DNA of 64,000 nt from an uncultured delta proteobacterium (GTDB taxonomy: Bacteria; Desulfobacterota; Desulfobacteria; Desulfobacterales; Desulfatirhabdiaceae): positions 192,001 through 256,000 of the forward strand of contig CAWBKP010000024.1 in assembly GCA_963789395.1 (NCBI GenBank), given 5' to 3'. Positions within the stretch are counted from its first letter, which is position 1; each line of letters starts with the position of its first letter. Under the pieces are notes generated by a model. The model was not told where the DNA came from and did no database searches. It saw nothing but the letters and a program-made list of their open reading frames with translations. Positions 1 to 10,642 of the stretch are shown one piece after another. The translations under genes were made by a program, and so were the position numbers.

Positions 1-112
1 ACCGCTTTCAGGCTGGCGTCGGCGCCGGCTTTCATCCGAATGGCAGGGGCCGATGTTCTCCTGCTCCAGGGTTTGCCGGAATAGCCCTTGACCTTGACTC
101 CGCCCCTGGGTT

Positions 113-873
113 TCATGTCACCAGCTGCTGAATGATTGCATCCATCTGGGTTTTGGCAAGCGCATCGGTGTCAAAAGGGGAGATGCCGTTTAAATCCGCC
201 TCGATCAAGGTGTTGTCATAGGGCAGAAATCCCAGAAAATCAAACTGGGGCAGGTTTTTTCGCAGAAAAGCAATGTCCGCATCCCCGCGGATTTTATTGC
301 CCACCACGGCAATGCGCTTGAGACCGATCTCAGCTGCCAGGTACTGAATGTGTTCAGCCGTGTCTATACTTCTTCTGCCCGGCTCCACCACCACGATGAG
401 TTTGTCCACGGCCTTTGCTGTGGCTCTTCCCAGGTGCTCAATGCCGGCTTCCATATCCATGACCACCACCTCGTCTCTGGCAAGTACAATGTGGGTGATC
501 AGTGCCCGTAAAAGCGTGCTCTCTGGGCAGATGCAACCGGAGCCGCCTTTCTTGATGCCCCTAGACGCATCATCTTGATGTTGCCAAGCTTGGCTGACAA
601 AGCGTCCGGAAGATCGTCCACACGGGGGTTGAGTTTGAAGAACCCGCCGATGCTGCCGGGCTGGGCCTCTGTGCGTTCATAGGCCAGATCTTTCATCTCG
701 GAGATTGGAATGATTTTATCCGCATTGGCGATTCCCAGTGCTCCGGCAAGATTCGCATCCGGGTCCGCATCGATTGCCAGAACGTGTTTTCCCTGTGCAT
801 CAAATGTTCGAATCAGCAAAGCGGAAAATGTGGTTTTCCCCACCCCGCCTTTGCCGCTGACAGCAAGTTTCAT
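113..873 (-). CDS. cooC: CooC/AcsF-type nickel-insertion ATPase (CODH/ACS maturation), split by one frameshift near 560
   Basis: Deviant Walker A GKGGVGKTT, then IDADPDANL and KLNPRVDD. Restoring one G in the G run at 558-561 gives GGIKKGGSGCICPE (CxC Ni motif) and joins ORF 113..469 with DMEAGIEHLGRA. Confidence 0.9.
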
Positions 874-1163
874 AAGAAAGTCCTTATTTTATATGTGAAG
901 GATATTGATTCCGTATGGTGTATGGTCGCACATGAACCTTGTTATTAAATAAGTCTCTTTCATCTGTAAGTCAAGAAAGACAAGATTCAGAAATTACAGG
1001 ATAAGCAGAAAGCGCGTCGAAGCGGGAGGCGTAACGGGTTCATAAAATCATCGGGTCGGAGTCTATGTCGGCGGGGAGGTATCCTGTACAGCCGGGCACA
1101 CGGAAACGCTCCCTTAGGGCATGGTAAGGACGGTTTTCATGTTTTGATTATGGGGTGGTATCG

Positions 1164-1592
1164 TTACCAGCCCTTTCCGCCGATGATGTGTTTGATTTTT
1201 TCTTCAGTCTGTTTTTCTACCAGGATCATTTTCTTTGCCTGCGCTTTTTTGATTTTTTCTGTCAGGATTTTCAAGTCCGCCGGTTTTTCCATCAAGTCCA
1301 TTGCCCCGAGTTTCATGGCTTCAATGCCTCTTTCAACCGTTGCATGCCCGGTCAGAAGGATAATCTGAAGCTCCGGTTTTCTGGTTTTCAGCGCTTTCAA
1401 TGCTTCGAGTCCATCCATTTCCGGCATCTGTAAATCCAGGATAATGGCATCAAACGATTCTGTTTCAGCCAGTTGAATCGCTTCTTTGGCGGAAGCTGCG
1501 GTGGATACATCCATGCCTCGGGTCTGCATCCGTTCTGACATGATGCTTAGAAAATCCTTTTCGTCGTCGACCAACAATACTTTTTCTGTCAT
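1164..1592 (-). CDS. Single-domain response regulator (receiver plus short C-terminal helix)
   Basis: LLVDDE...IILDLQMPEMDG...LLTGHA...KP receiver motifs; RBS GGAGG upstream. Confidence 0.93.
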   Translation of the reverse strand: MTEKVLLVDDEKDFLSIMSERMQTRGMDVSTAASAKEAIQLAETESFDAIILDLQMPEMDGLEALKALKTRKPELQIILLTGHATVERGIEAMKLGAMDLMEKPADLKILTEKIKKAQAKKMILVEKQTEEKIKHIIGGKGW

Positions 1593-1638
1593 AAGAGCCT
1601 CCTTATGTGGGATATTGAGTCGATATCAGACTTATTTC

Positions 1639-2286
1639 TCAACAGGCTGTCAAGTCAACCGGCAGTGTGATGATCAGCTCCCGGCATTGCGAATCGGCTG
1701 ACTGGGCGGCTTTCAGGTAGCTGAGCAGCTCAAGGGTGCTGGCCTCTGTTAACAGAGCATCAACGGGTGAAACAATAACGGCTGCGCCTTCCGGCTGAGG
1801 TCGAAGGGTAAGGGTGAGTTCTTTTGACACGCCGGTTCTCTCAAAAATTTCCTTGAGACACAACCAGATGAGATTTTCAAGGTAAAACAGCCGGGTTGTC
1901 ACGCAAATCGGTTGCAAAGGCGGGGTGAAATGCAACGTGACACTCTTCATGGCAGCTAACCGCGAAGTCAGCTTAATGGTCAATGCCAGCGTTTCTCCAA
2001 GATCGATGCATTTAACCGCCTCATCGGCACTGTGGGCAAACTGGTTCATATTTCGAATGATCCCGTCAGCTCGCTGAATCTGCTTGGCGATGTTGGCGGC
2101 TAAACTTTTCAGTCTGGTCGGATCAAGAGGCAGTCCTTTTTCCGCCATGAAAGACAGGTCTTCCAGAAGCCCGGCATTCTCGTTGATGATGGCCAGGGCA
2201 TTTTTCAGTTCGTGCGAAATCGATGCGGAGATGGAACCAAAACAGTGAAGCCCGCATTCTCCAATGGATTCCCGGTAAGCGCTCAT
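1639..2286 (-). CDS. HisKA/DHp protein with a degenerate ATPase domain (possible phosphotransferase)
   Basis: H-box SISHELKNALAIINE. No DxGxG or GxGLGL boxes recognisable in the C-terminal half. Confidence 0.75.
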   Translation of the reverse strand: MSAYRESIGECGLHCFGSISASISHELKNALAIINENAGLLEDLSFMAEKGLPLDPTRLKSLAANIAKQIQRADGIIRNMNQFAHSADEAVKCIDLGETLALTIKLTSRLAAMKSVTLHFTPPLQPICVTTRLFYLENLIWLCLKEIFERTGVSKELTLTLRPQPEGAAVIVSPVDALLTEASTLELLSYLKAAQSADSQCRELIITLPVDLTAC

Positions 2287-2657
2287 GAGCCTTCTCCTTG
2301 TCGCTGCATCACCTCATTCATTTTTTCAAGCAGGGATTCAATTTTTACCGGTTTAACGAGATAAAAATCTTTTCCGGCTTCCGCAGCCCCAATCTTAAAA
2401 TCATCTTCAGAACCGTGTCCGGTCAGGAAAATGAATTTCATTTCCGGATGCAGGGCGTGAAGCCGTTTCTTCAGTTCCAATCCGTTGATTTTTGGAATCT
2501 TGACATCGAGAATGGCAAGGTCAAATGTCTCAGTTTCAACAAGTTCCAGGGCTGCCAAGCTGCTGGTGACCCATCTGGCCTGAATCCCTCTGAGAAGCAG
2601 GCGTTCAGCTAATGTTGAAACCAGTTGTTCTTCATCGTCAACCAGCAATACGCGCAT
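2283..2657 (-). CDS. Single-domain response regulator
   Basis: LLVDDE, ILDVKIP, FLTGHG and KP motifs. Confidence 0.92.
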   Translation of the reverse strand: MRVLLVDDEEQLVSTLAERLLLRGIQARWVTSSLAALELVETETFDLAILDVKIPKINGLELKKRLHALHPEMKFIFLTGHGSEDDFKIGAAEAGKDFYLVKPVKIESLLEKMNEVMQRQGEGS

Positions 2658-4389
2658 AACCCTCTCCTTTTTTCTTTGTATACGTCAACGGCAGTTCAAT
2701 CGTAAATCGGGTGCCCTTGCCGACCGTGCTGTGAATTTTAATTTTTCCGCCGATTTCCTGCACCAGCCCATACGTGATGGACAGACCCAGTCCGGTACCA
2801 CCGGTTCGGCTTTTTGTCGTAAAAAAAGGCTCGAAAACCCGTTTGATATCCGATTCTGAAATCCCGCATCCGTCATCGGCAACATCAATGGAAATCGCAT
2901 CGGAATCGAGTTTTGACACCTTGATTTCCAGTGTGCCGCCATCGTCCATGGCGGCAAAAGCGTTGTTGATCAGATTCAGAAAAATCTGTTGCAGTTTTCC
3001 GCGATCGCTTTCAAATTCCGGGATATCATCGGGGATATCTACCGAAATGGTGATGCTTTTGTATTCAGCTTCCTTGCCCATAAATCCGAGCACATCCTGA
3101 ATGACGGATTTTACGCTGAGTCGCTGAACGCTTACTTCGATGTGGCGGGCAAAGTTGAGAAGCCGTTTGGTGATGGTGCCGCACCGTTCCACGGATGAAA
3201 TAATGGAATCGACCAGGCTGCTCAACTTTGAATCTTTAACATAATCTTTTTGAAAGGTGAAGATGTCTTTGATCAGGCCGGCTTTTTCGTTGATAATGGC
3301 CAAGGGATTGTTGATTTCATGGGCGACGCCTGCTGCAAGGCGTCCGATGGAAGCCAGCTTGTTGGCGTATTCAACCTGGTGAAGGGTCATAACCCGTTTC
3401 TGATCCGCCAGAAAGATATTGTTGACCAGATACGTGGACACACCGATAACCACAACAAGTATGGTGATGACGCTGACAGCCAGAAATCCGAGCAACTGAG
3501 AGCGGGTTTTAAACCAGGGTTTCATCAGCGCGTTTTTCTGTTTGGTTACGATCAGGATAAAAGGGGTGTCCGTGATATAGGCATAACCAACGACCAGTAA
3601 CTTTCCGGTATTGTCCATCGTCTGGTAAACGACCGTATTGGAGGCATATTCCGGAACCGAGAGCGGAATTTTTTCCAGCACCGTGGCATGGTATCGGGAA
3701 GGCGTCTGTAGAATGCCGTCCTGGTTGACGATAAACGCATCCCCCATGCCCCCCACTTCCAGGTCCGACAAAAGCTCCTGGAACCGCTCCATGTCCAGAG
3801 ATGCCCGAAGAACAAAAGCGGATCCGTCCGGCAGGCTGTGCTTGACCGCAATGACAAAGTGGGGAACATTGCGCAGGCCAAGAAACACATCGCTGATGTA
3901 AATGTTCCGTTCCAGCACCTCCCGATACCAGGCCTGAGCACTGTAATCCACACCAATGAGTTCGTAGGGTCCGACATAATTGATTTGGACACCGGAGTCA
4001 TCAATTACCCCCAGGTCGCGAAAACCGCCCAGGCTTTTTTTGAGATTTTCCAGGATCATAAACAGGCGGTCCGGGTTTTTCAGGTTCTCAAGCGTGTTGT
4101 CATGGATGATGAAATTCAGGGCGAATTTTCGTTCATCCAGAAAAAAAGAGATGCTGCGGCGCGTATTTGAAACCAGGCGGGAGGTTCTGAGCAGAATTTC
4201 CGATTCAATGGCATTCTGGGTGACGTTATAGTCGATGATCGCCATGAAAATGAGCGGGATCAGGGAAACCCCCGCGGTCAGAAATGCAGCCTGTTTCCAT
4301 ATCTTTCGAAAATTGAACAGGGATTTAAACGGCCCTGCGGCAGCGTCCTGGTGATCCCAGAATTTGGGTTTGAATCGGGTTGTTATCAT
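2638..4389 (-). CDS. Membrane sensor histidine kinase (Cache-like sensor, HisKA, HATPase)
   Basis: Two TM segments, GVAHEINNPL H-box, LNLINNA N-box, DDGCG, FEPFFTTK, GTGLGL. Confidence 0.93.
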   Translation of the reverse strand: MITTRFKPKFWDHQDAAAGPFKSLFNFRKIWKQAAFLTAGVSLIPLIFMAIIDYNVTQNAIESEILLRTSRLVSNTRRSISFFLDERKFALNFIIHDNTLENLKNPDRLFMILENLKKSLGGFRDLGVIDDSGVQINYVGPYELIGVDYSAQAWYREVLERNIYISDVFLGLRNVPHFVIAVKHSLPDGSAFVLRASLDMERFQELLSDLEVGGMGDAFIVNQDGILQTPSRYHATVLEKIPLSVPEYASNTVVYQTMDNTGKLLVVGYAYITDTPFILIVTKQKNALMKPWFKTRSQLLGFLAVSVITILVVVIGVSTYLVNNIFLADQKRVMTLHQVEYANKLASIGRLAAGVAHEINNPLAIINEKAGLIKDIFTFQKDYVKDSKLSSLVDSIISSVERCGTITKRLLNFARHIEVSVQRLSVKSVIQDVLGFMGKEAEYKSITISVDIPDDIPEFESDRGKLQQIFLNLINNAFAAMDDGGTLEIKVSKLDSDAISIDVADDGCGISESDIKRVFEPFFTTKSRTGGTGLGLSITYGLVQEIGGKIKIHSTVGKGTRFTIELPLTYTKKKGEGYARIAG

Positions 4390-4422
4390 AAAATCCTCAC
4401 GATGTCGTGCAACCGATTGCGT

Positions 4423-5655
4423 TTAGCAAATTTCAGGCTTTTTCTTTTGAGCCTGAATTTTCTCGTTGGCTTTTTTCAAGGTGTCACTCAGGATATCAAT
4501 GTCAACGGGCTTGTGCAGGTAGGCAAAGGCGCCTAAGTTCATGCAGGTTTGCCGGTCTGCTTCCGAACCATGACCGGTAAGGATAATAACTTCAATTCCT
4601 GGCTGTGTTTCCTTGACCCTTCGCAGGACTTCGATGCCGTCGATGCCCGGCATTTTCAGATCCAGAATCATCACTTCCGGTTCTTCCTCGTGAACCAGCT
4701 TCAGGGCGGATTCACCGTCAAATGCCACGGCAGACCCCATATCCCGAAGGATCAGGCGCTCGGAAAGGGTTTGAACAAACTCCCTTTCATCATCCACGAG
4801 CAGCACTTTGGAAGGGACTTCAAAATCAAATTTCCGATAAATATCTGACTGATGGAAATCCTTTCCGACTCCGGTTTCAATGGATTTTACGCCCGGGACA
4901 ATTCCGGCAATGGATTTGAGTTCCTGCTCCAGCCGGCTCAGCATCAGAACATGTTTGTTGATGGTCAGGGTAACCTTGCCGTTTGCTGCTGTCACCCCGA
5001 CATGATGGCCTGCATTGGCCAGCGCAACTTCCACCTGGGCGGAAATGCGGAAATCGTCGATGGTTTTACGGGATTTTTCTGTTGTTTGCAGCACATCCTT
5101 GTTCAGGTTGTCCAGAATCAGTTGAATGGCCTCGGCTGTATTGGTCTTGTTCATCGGCAAAATCATGTCATAAAGAACAGGACTCCAGGGGTCAGTCAGA
5201 TTGAATAAGGCATTTACCCAGGTACCACAGTCTTCATCCTGCCGGTGGATCCATTTTGCCGCCTCTTTTTCAGAGATGCCCTTGGATTTTGCAGCCAGGG
5301 CAATCCTGAAACTCATGTCCGCAATCAGGCAGATCCGCAGGACATGGCTGATTGCTTTGGGGATCAAATGGCCGGAAAAACCGGAAAGCAACAGATTGTC
5401 GTCTGTCAGTTTTTCGGCCAGCGCCAGTTTGAGATAGGCAATGGACCGTTCCTTTTCATGGGTGAACTTGTTGAATATCGATGTTCGTGAAACAAAAGCA
5501 CGGCTGATTTTGGATGCATCGATGCCCGAAAGCCTTGCTGCCTCGTCTGTCAGGTCGCTATCTGTGACCGGTTTGTAGCCGGTATGGGCGATAAGTTCCT
5601 GAAGGACAATATCTTCATTGCAAAACGTACCTGGAAAAATTGTAATTATTGGCAT
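4423..5655 (-). CDS. Cytidylate-kinase-like domain + BON-like domain + C-terminal receiver
   Basis: N-terminus IITI...RICLIAD...YDMILP resembles cytidylate-kinase-like proteins. C-terminus VLLVDDE...ILDLKMPGIDG...LTGHG...KP is a receiver. Confidence 0.8.
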   Translation of the reverse strand: MPIITIFPGTFCNEDIVLQELIAHTGYKPVTDSDLTDEAARLSGIDASKISRAFVSRTSIFNKFTHEKERSIAYLKLALAEKLTDDNLLLSGFSGHLIPKAISHVLRICLIADMSFRIALAAKSKGISEKEAAKWIHRQDEDCGTWVNALFNLTDPWSPVLYDMILPMNKTNTAEAIQLILDNLNKDVLQTTEKSRKTIDDFRISAQVEVALANAGHHVGVTAANGKVTLTINKHVLMLSRLEQELKSIAGIVPGVKSIETGVGKDFHQSDIYRKFDFEVPSKVLLVDDEREFVQTLSERLILRDMGSAVAFDGESALKLVHEEEPEVMILDLKMPGIDGIEVLRRVKETQPGIEVIILTGHGSEADRQTCMNLGAFAYLHKPVDIDILSDTLKKANEKIQAQKKKPEIC

Positions 5656-5799
5656 TTGCAGACCCCTTATCCTGATAAAAGTTATTTATAAGCCAGGTTC
5701 TCTCTGACCGACTAAAAGGCGTTTACCCGCTGATTTTATATGACTGAATACGTCTCGACCGGTTTTTATGATATTGTGTTTTTAAAACGATACCGGCGA

Positions 5800-7932
5800 T
5801 CAATTCAGGTTGCAGACTGTTAACGGACATATCGGTTCATCGCCATCCTTGTGCGTGGGTTCATAAATGGAACGAATGGCTCTTTCCATCGTCGAGTACA
5901 AATGGTCCAGACCGATTTTTGCGGCCAGGTGGGTTCGCTCAAGCACCTCCATCACCGCTTCGTTCACCCCGCTCAGGGAGATGTCCAATCCGGCACTGCG
6001 GATCCGGTCTATCAGCAAAGAGAGCGTTTCTTCTCCGGATGCGTCAATATCATTAATACCGTTGGAGACAATTAAAATGTGTTTAAGTGATTCCTTGCTC
6101 AGCATCAGTTCGGTGATCTGGTCATCCAGATAACTGGAATTGGCGAAAAACAGGGGGCCGTCAAACCGGATCAGGGAAATATATTTGCATTCATGCAGGC
6201 CGTGAGTCGTGACGCACCGGAGTGCATCATCCTCGTCTCGGGCAAGGGATGCGACATTCGGCCGCATGCTCTTGTAAAGGAAAACCATCAGGGAGAGTGT
6301 GACGCCCACCATGATTCCTTTGTCGAGGTGCGGTGCAAACCACAGGGTGCAGATAAAGGAAATGATGGAGATAGCTCCGTCATATTTTTGTGCTTTCCAG
6401 GCATGGACAAAACCGGAGACATTGATCAGGCCGATTACCGCCATCATGATAACGGCAGCCAGTACGGATTGAGGCAGATGATAGAGAAGAGGGGTAAAAA
6501 ACAGCAGGGCAATTACGACCGCAATACTGGTAAAGACACTGGAAAGACCGGATACGGCGCCTGCCTGAAGGTTTACGGCAGAACGGGAAAATGAGCCTGA
6601 TGTCGGGTAGCTTTTACCGACCGCGCCAAGAATATTGGCCAGGCCCTGTCCGATAAGTTCCTGATTGGGATCCAGTCTCTGGCCGGTTTTTCCGGCCATG
6701 GCCTTGGCAATGGAAATGGCCTCCATAAATCCCAGAAGGGAAATAATGGCTGCATAAGGAAAGAGCTGGACAATAACATTCAGGCGGATTTGTGGAATGG
6801 TAAACGCAGGAAGCCCCTTGGGAACGACCCCGACAACTTCACCGCCACCCACCATTCGGATTTTATCCAGATTCAACGACTTATTACCCAACCGGATCCG
6901 CCAGATCCGCCCATCGGGTTTAACATCCAGTGGGACATTGTCTTTTGGAAAAAAATTCAGGGAACCATCTGTCTGCGCAACGCCGATAAATAAAAAATTA
7001 CGGATTTCTTCCCGATAAATCTGCGCGTCGTAATTGATCAGATCACTTTTGGTGGAAAGCATTTTATCCTGATGTTCGGCTTCAAGGGTGGCCAGAAGAT
7101 CATGTCTATGTTTGGCATCCTCGATTTGTTTGCTGATTTCAGTCCGTTTTTCTGCGATAGGGGCCAGGGCATTGATGGCGGAATTGAATTTATCCACCAT
7201 CTCAATGGCTCTTTTGGAGTGGATGGCAGTAATATTCGCTGTAACATCATGTTCGAAATGCATGGCCCATGAAAGGACGGTGGTAATAACAACGGCCACC
7301 AGAACATTGGGAATTTTGGGCGCCATGCGCTTCAGTCCGTACATGATTGCGAATGCCAGAACCCCCATGGCCAGGGTGGGCCAGTGGGTATAATGAATGG
7401 CTGCCTGTACGACTTTGATGATGGTTTCGTAATGATGGGGGGCATTGTCAACGTTTACGCCGAACATTTTTGAAAGCTGGGATGTGGCAATGATGATGGC
7501 AGCGGCATTGGTAAATCCGTTGACCACCGGATGGGAAAGAAAATTTACTACGAGGCCCAGCCTGAGAACCCCGAGCGTGAATTGAAAAACGCCCACCATC
7601 AGTGCCAGCAAAATCGCAAAGACGATGTATCCTTCACTTCCTGCAGTGGCCAGCGGAGCAAGAGATGCCGACGTCATCAGGGAGACCACCGCGACCGGAC
7701 CGGTTGCCAGCTGTCGGCTTGAGCCAAAAAGAGATGCGATCATGGGGGGAAGAAATGAAGCGTAGAGACCGTAATAAGGCGGCAGACCGGCAAGCTGCGC
7801 ATAAGCCATGGATTGCGGGATCAATACGAGTGCCACTGTCAACCCGGAAAGTGCATCGACTCTGAGGTCTGATACATTGTAATTTTTAAACCAGGTCAAA
7901 AACGGAAAAAAACGTTTAAGCATGCCTACCAC
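5800..7932 (-). CDS. sulP: SulP/SLC26 anion transporter with STAS domain
   Basis: LIPQSMAYAQLAGLPPYYGLY, GSSRQLATGPVA, NQELIGQGLAN, GSFSRSAVN; STAS motifs RFDGPLFFAN and IDASG. Confidence 0.95.
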   Translation of the reverse strand: MVGMLKRFFPFLTWFKNYNVSDLRVDALSGLTVALVLIPQSMAYAQLAGLPPYYGLYASFLPPMIASLFGSSRQLATGPVAVVSLMTSASLAPLATAGSEGYIVFAILLALMVGVFQFTLGVLRLGLVVNFLSHPVVNGFTNAAAIIIATSQLSKMFGVNVDNAPHHYETIIKVVQAAIHYTHWPTLAMGVLAFAIMYGLKRMAPKIPNVLVAVVITTVLSWAMHFEHDVTANITAIHSKRAIEMVDKFNSAINALAPIAEKRTEISKQIEDAKHRHDLLATLEAEHQDKMLSTKSDLINYDAQIYREEIRNFLFIGVAQTDGSLNFFPKDNVPLDVKPDGRIWRIRLGNKSLNLDKIRMVGGGEVVGVVPKGLPAFTIPQIRLNVIVQLFPYAAIISLLGFMEAISIAKAMAGKTGQRLDPNQELIGQGLANILGAVGKSYPTSGSFSRSAVNLQAGAVSGLSSVFTSIAVVIALLFFTPLLYHLPQSVLAAVIMMAVIGLINVSGFVHAWKAQKYDGAISIISFICTLWFAPHLDKGIMVGVTLSLMVFLYKSMRPNVASLARDEDDALRCVTTHGLHECKYISLIRFDGPLFFANSSYLDDQITELMLSKESLKHILIVSNGINDIDASGEETLSLLIDRIRSAGLDISLSGVNEAVMEVLERTHLAAKIGLDHLYSTMERAIRSIYEPTHKDGDEPICPLTVCNLN

Positions 7933-8526
7933 CTATCCTGTAATGGGTTTATTTTCCAGCATCCTCCGGCAGGATGCAATCAGTTCATTAAACAGTGCGC
8001 CGGCGTCATAAAGATTGTAGAGTTTGAACCGCACCAGTCCATCCACCATCGTGAAAACAATCAAGGCGGTTTTTCTGGCAGGCATGGTGCCGATGGATCC
8101 ATCAGCCTGGCCGGACAGGATGGCCTGTTCAAAAATATCCACAAAACAGTTGTAAATGGATTCCAGATGGTCCCGGCAAACCGGATTGACTTCAGCCAGT
8201 TCATAGGGATATCTGCGGTGCAGCAGTAAAAAAAGATCTTCCTTTAATCCGGCCAGGTACAGATAAAACGATATCGCACCTTCCATCATTTCAATACCGG
8301 TTTTAAATTTTCTGTTCTCCGTATACCGGTTAAATTCAGACAGAATGTCTTCTTTTGCAGTCTTTAAAATTTCCAGGAAAATGCCTTGTTTTGTTTTGAA
8401 ATGATAAAAAATCGTGCCTTCCGCCGCACCGGTGGTTTTGGACAGTTCGGCCATCGACGTGTCCTTGAATCCTTTTCTGGCAAAAAGTTGCATGGCAGCC
8501 CGAAGAATAATCTCTTTTTTTTTCAT
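7933..8526 (-). CDS. TetR/AcrR family regulator
   Basis: HTH AAMQLFARKGFKDTSMAELSK...AEGTIFYHFKTK; likely start is the ATG at 8526. Confidence 0.92.
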   Translation of the reverse strand: MKKKEIILRAAMQLFARKGFKDTSMAELSKTTGAAEGTIFYHFKTKQGIFLEILKTAKEDILSEFNRYTENRKFKTGIEMMEGAISFYLYLAGLKEDLFLLLHRRYPYELAEVNPVCRDHLESIYNCFVDIFEQAILSGQADGSIGTMPARKTALIVFTMVDGLVRFKLYNLYDAGALFNELIASCRRMLENKPITG

Positions 8527-8549
8527 TGACAGATTCCTGTAACATTTAT

Positions 8550-8563
8550 ACTGAGTACTCAGT
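8550..8563. promoter_or_regulatory. Candidate TetR operator
   Basis: Perfect palindrome ACTGAGTACTCAGT about 24 nt upstream of the tetR start, downstream of a minus-strand TTGACA at 8601-8596. Confidence 0.6.
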
Positions 8564-8761
8564 CGGTTTTTGTAATTATCGCAATGAATCCGAGGTGTCA
8601 ATAAAAAAATTGTTCTACAGAATCCGGTCTTCACATACCGGAGATTACCGTGTTTGAATGCATTGCATCTTATTCACATGTAAACACATAAATCATTCAT
8701 CATTTGTGTAATTTCAGATCTCTGGGCTGCATGCTTTCACTTTCATGATGGTTTATTTAAA

Positions 8762-8790
8762 TTGACAATCCTTGTGATCTGCATTATTTT
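8762..8790 (+). promoter_or_regulatory. sigma70-type promoter for dnaG-rpoD
   Basis: TTGACA-N17-TATTTT. Confidence 0.55.
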
Positions 8791-8855
8791 TTTTAATATT
8801 AAAATCTTGATCCCCCTGCAGTGTGCCTTTTCCAAAAGAATTTGGAGGCTTGTTC

Positions 8856-10640
8856 TTGTCTTACTCCATCCCGGCAGAAAAAGTATCAGAAATCAAACAC
8901 AGCGCCGATATCCTGGAAATCATATCCGATGCGGTTGCGTTAAAAAAAGCCGGCAGGAATTATCTCGGGCTTTGTCCATTTCACTCAGAAAAAACGCCAT
9001 CATTTACCGTCAGCCCGGACAAGCAGATGTTTCACTGCTTTGGTTGCGGTGAGGGAGGCGATGTCTTTACCTATGTCATGAAGCAGGAAGGAATAACGTT
9101 TCACGAAGCCGTCCGATTGCTGGCCAGACGTTACAGTATCATGATTGTGGATCAGAGCGCCGATCCTGCTGCAAAAAAACAGATGGACGAAAGAGAACTT
9201 CTCTTTCAGATCAACCGTCAGGCCATGGAATTTTTCCATCATGCCCTGCTGAAATCCCAAGGCGGGACTTCGGCGCTTTCTTATCTGACCAACCGCGGGA
9301 TGCCTTCCCATATCCTCACCGATTTCAATCTTGGGTATGCACCGGCGGGCTGGACCCATCTGACCCATTATTTTACGCAAAAAAGCGTGCCCCTGGCCCT
9401 TGTGGAGAAAGCCGGCCTGATCAGCCGCCGCCAAGGCGGGAGCGGCTATTATGACCGGTTTCGGGACCGCATCATTTTTCCGATTTTCAATATTCACCAC
9501 CAGGTGGCGGGTTTCGGGGGGCGGGTTCTGGATGATTCTCTGCCCAAATATCTCAACTCTCCGGAAACCCCTCTTTACAGCAAAAGCCGCTCGCTTTACG
9601 GCCTGTTACAGGCAAAGCCGTTTTGTCGACAGACCGGAGAAGTATTTATTTCCGAAGGATATATGGATTTGCTCTCGCTGCATCTTTATGGCATTCAGAA
9701 TTCAGTTGCCACACTGGGCACAGCCATGACCGAAGAACATATCCGCATTCTGAAGGGGGTATCACAGAAAATAACATTGGTCTATGACTCGGATCTGGCG
9801 GGAATCAAAGCTGCTCAGCGGTGTATAGAGCTTTTCAAGGCCCATCACCAATTGGAGGATATCCGCATCCTGGTGTTGCCCGAAGGGCATGATCCCGATA
9901 CCTATCTTCGGCAATTCGGGCCGGAAGCCTTTAGAAATGCCGCCCATGAAGCTGCCGGCGTATTTTCCTTTCTGATGGATATCGCCATAAAAAAACACGG
10001 TCTGTCTCTGGAAGGCAAATTGCGCATAATCAAGGAAATGCAGGGGCCCCTGTCTACGCTGACCGATGGTCTGACCCGGATATCAGCTATCAAGGAAATT
10101 GCTGAACGAACAGGGATCGATGAAAGCGCGATACAGGAAAAAATACGAGAAATTTCTCCGCGCCGGCATTCCAGAGCAAAACCGGTCAAAACTGTGACGG
10201 ATGCGGGAAATAAATTTGAGAAGCACCTGATTGCCATGATGCTTCAATTTCCCGATATCATTCCGGTTCTGATTGAAAAAAACCTCATTGAATATATTTC
10301 AGATCCTTTGCTAAAATCCGCAGGAAATGATATACTATCATGTTATCATGATCTGAATACCGCAGTGGATGAGATCAAAGATCTGCCTTCAATTGTGTTG
10401 ATGGCTGCGGACAGTGATGAAAAAAAAAGATTGATTGCAGCTTTTTCCATTCAGAATGAGGAGTGGGATCTTGAAGGCTGTCGTAAATTGATTGGTCAAA
10501 TTGAAAGAAATCAAAAGCGAGATAACCTCCGGATGTTGCGGCAAAGAATGAAAGCTGCTGAAGAAAGTGGCGAACAAGAGTTGCTGCGAAAATTAACAAA
10601 AGAATGTTCAGACGGTCAGGTGTTCGCAGGAGGCAGGTAA
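8856..10640 (+). CDS. dnaG: DNA primase
   Basis: Zn finger [11 protein letters not shown]...[38 protein letters not shown] start 7 nt after GGAGG. Confidence 0.97.
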   Translation: MSYSIPAEKVSEIKHSADILEIISDAVALKKAGRNYLGLCPFHSEKTPSFTVSPDKQMFHCFGCGEGGDVFTYVMKQEGITFHEAVRLLARRYSIMIVDQSADPAAKKQMDERELLFQINRQAMEFFHHALLKSQGGTSALSYLTNRGMPSHILTDFNLGYAPAGWTHLTHYFTQKSVPLALVEKAGLISRRQGGSGYYDRFRDRIIFPIFNIHHQVAGFGGRVLDDSLPKYLNSPETPLYSKSRSLYGLLQAKPFCRQTGEVFISEGYMDLLSLHLYGIQNSVATLGTAMTEEHIRILKGVSQKITLVYDSDLAGIKAAQRCIELFKAHHQLEDIRILVLPEGHDPDTYLRQFGPEAFRNAAHEAAGVFSFLMDIAIKKHGLSLEGKLRIIKEMQGPLSTLTDGLTRISAIKEIAERTGIDESAIQEKIREISPRRHSRAKPVKTVTDAGNKFEKHLIAMMLQFPDIIPVLIEKNLIEYISDPLLKSAGNDILSCYHDLNTAVDEIKDLPSIVLMAADSDEKKRLIAAFSIQNEEWDLEGCRKLIGQIERNQKRDNLRMLRQRMKAAEESGEQELLRKLTKECSDGQVFAGGR

Positions 10641-10642
10641 TT

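Noticed and set aside
1..116. Possible gene start overlapping the cooC stop (ATGA), reading MKPRGGVKVKG... off the window edge
   Set aside because: Only 38 codons are visible and no motif is recognisable.
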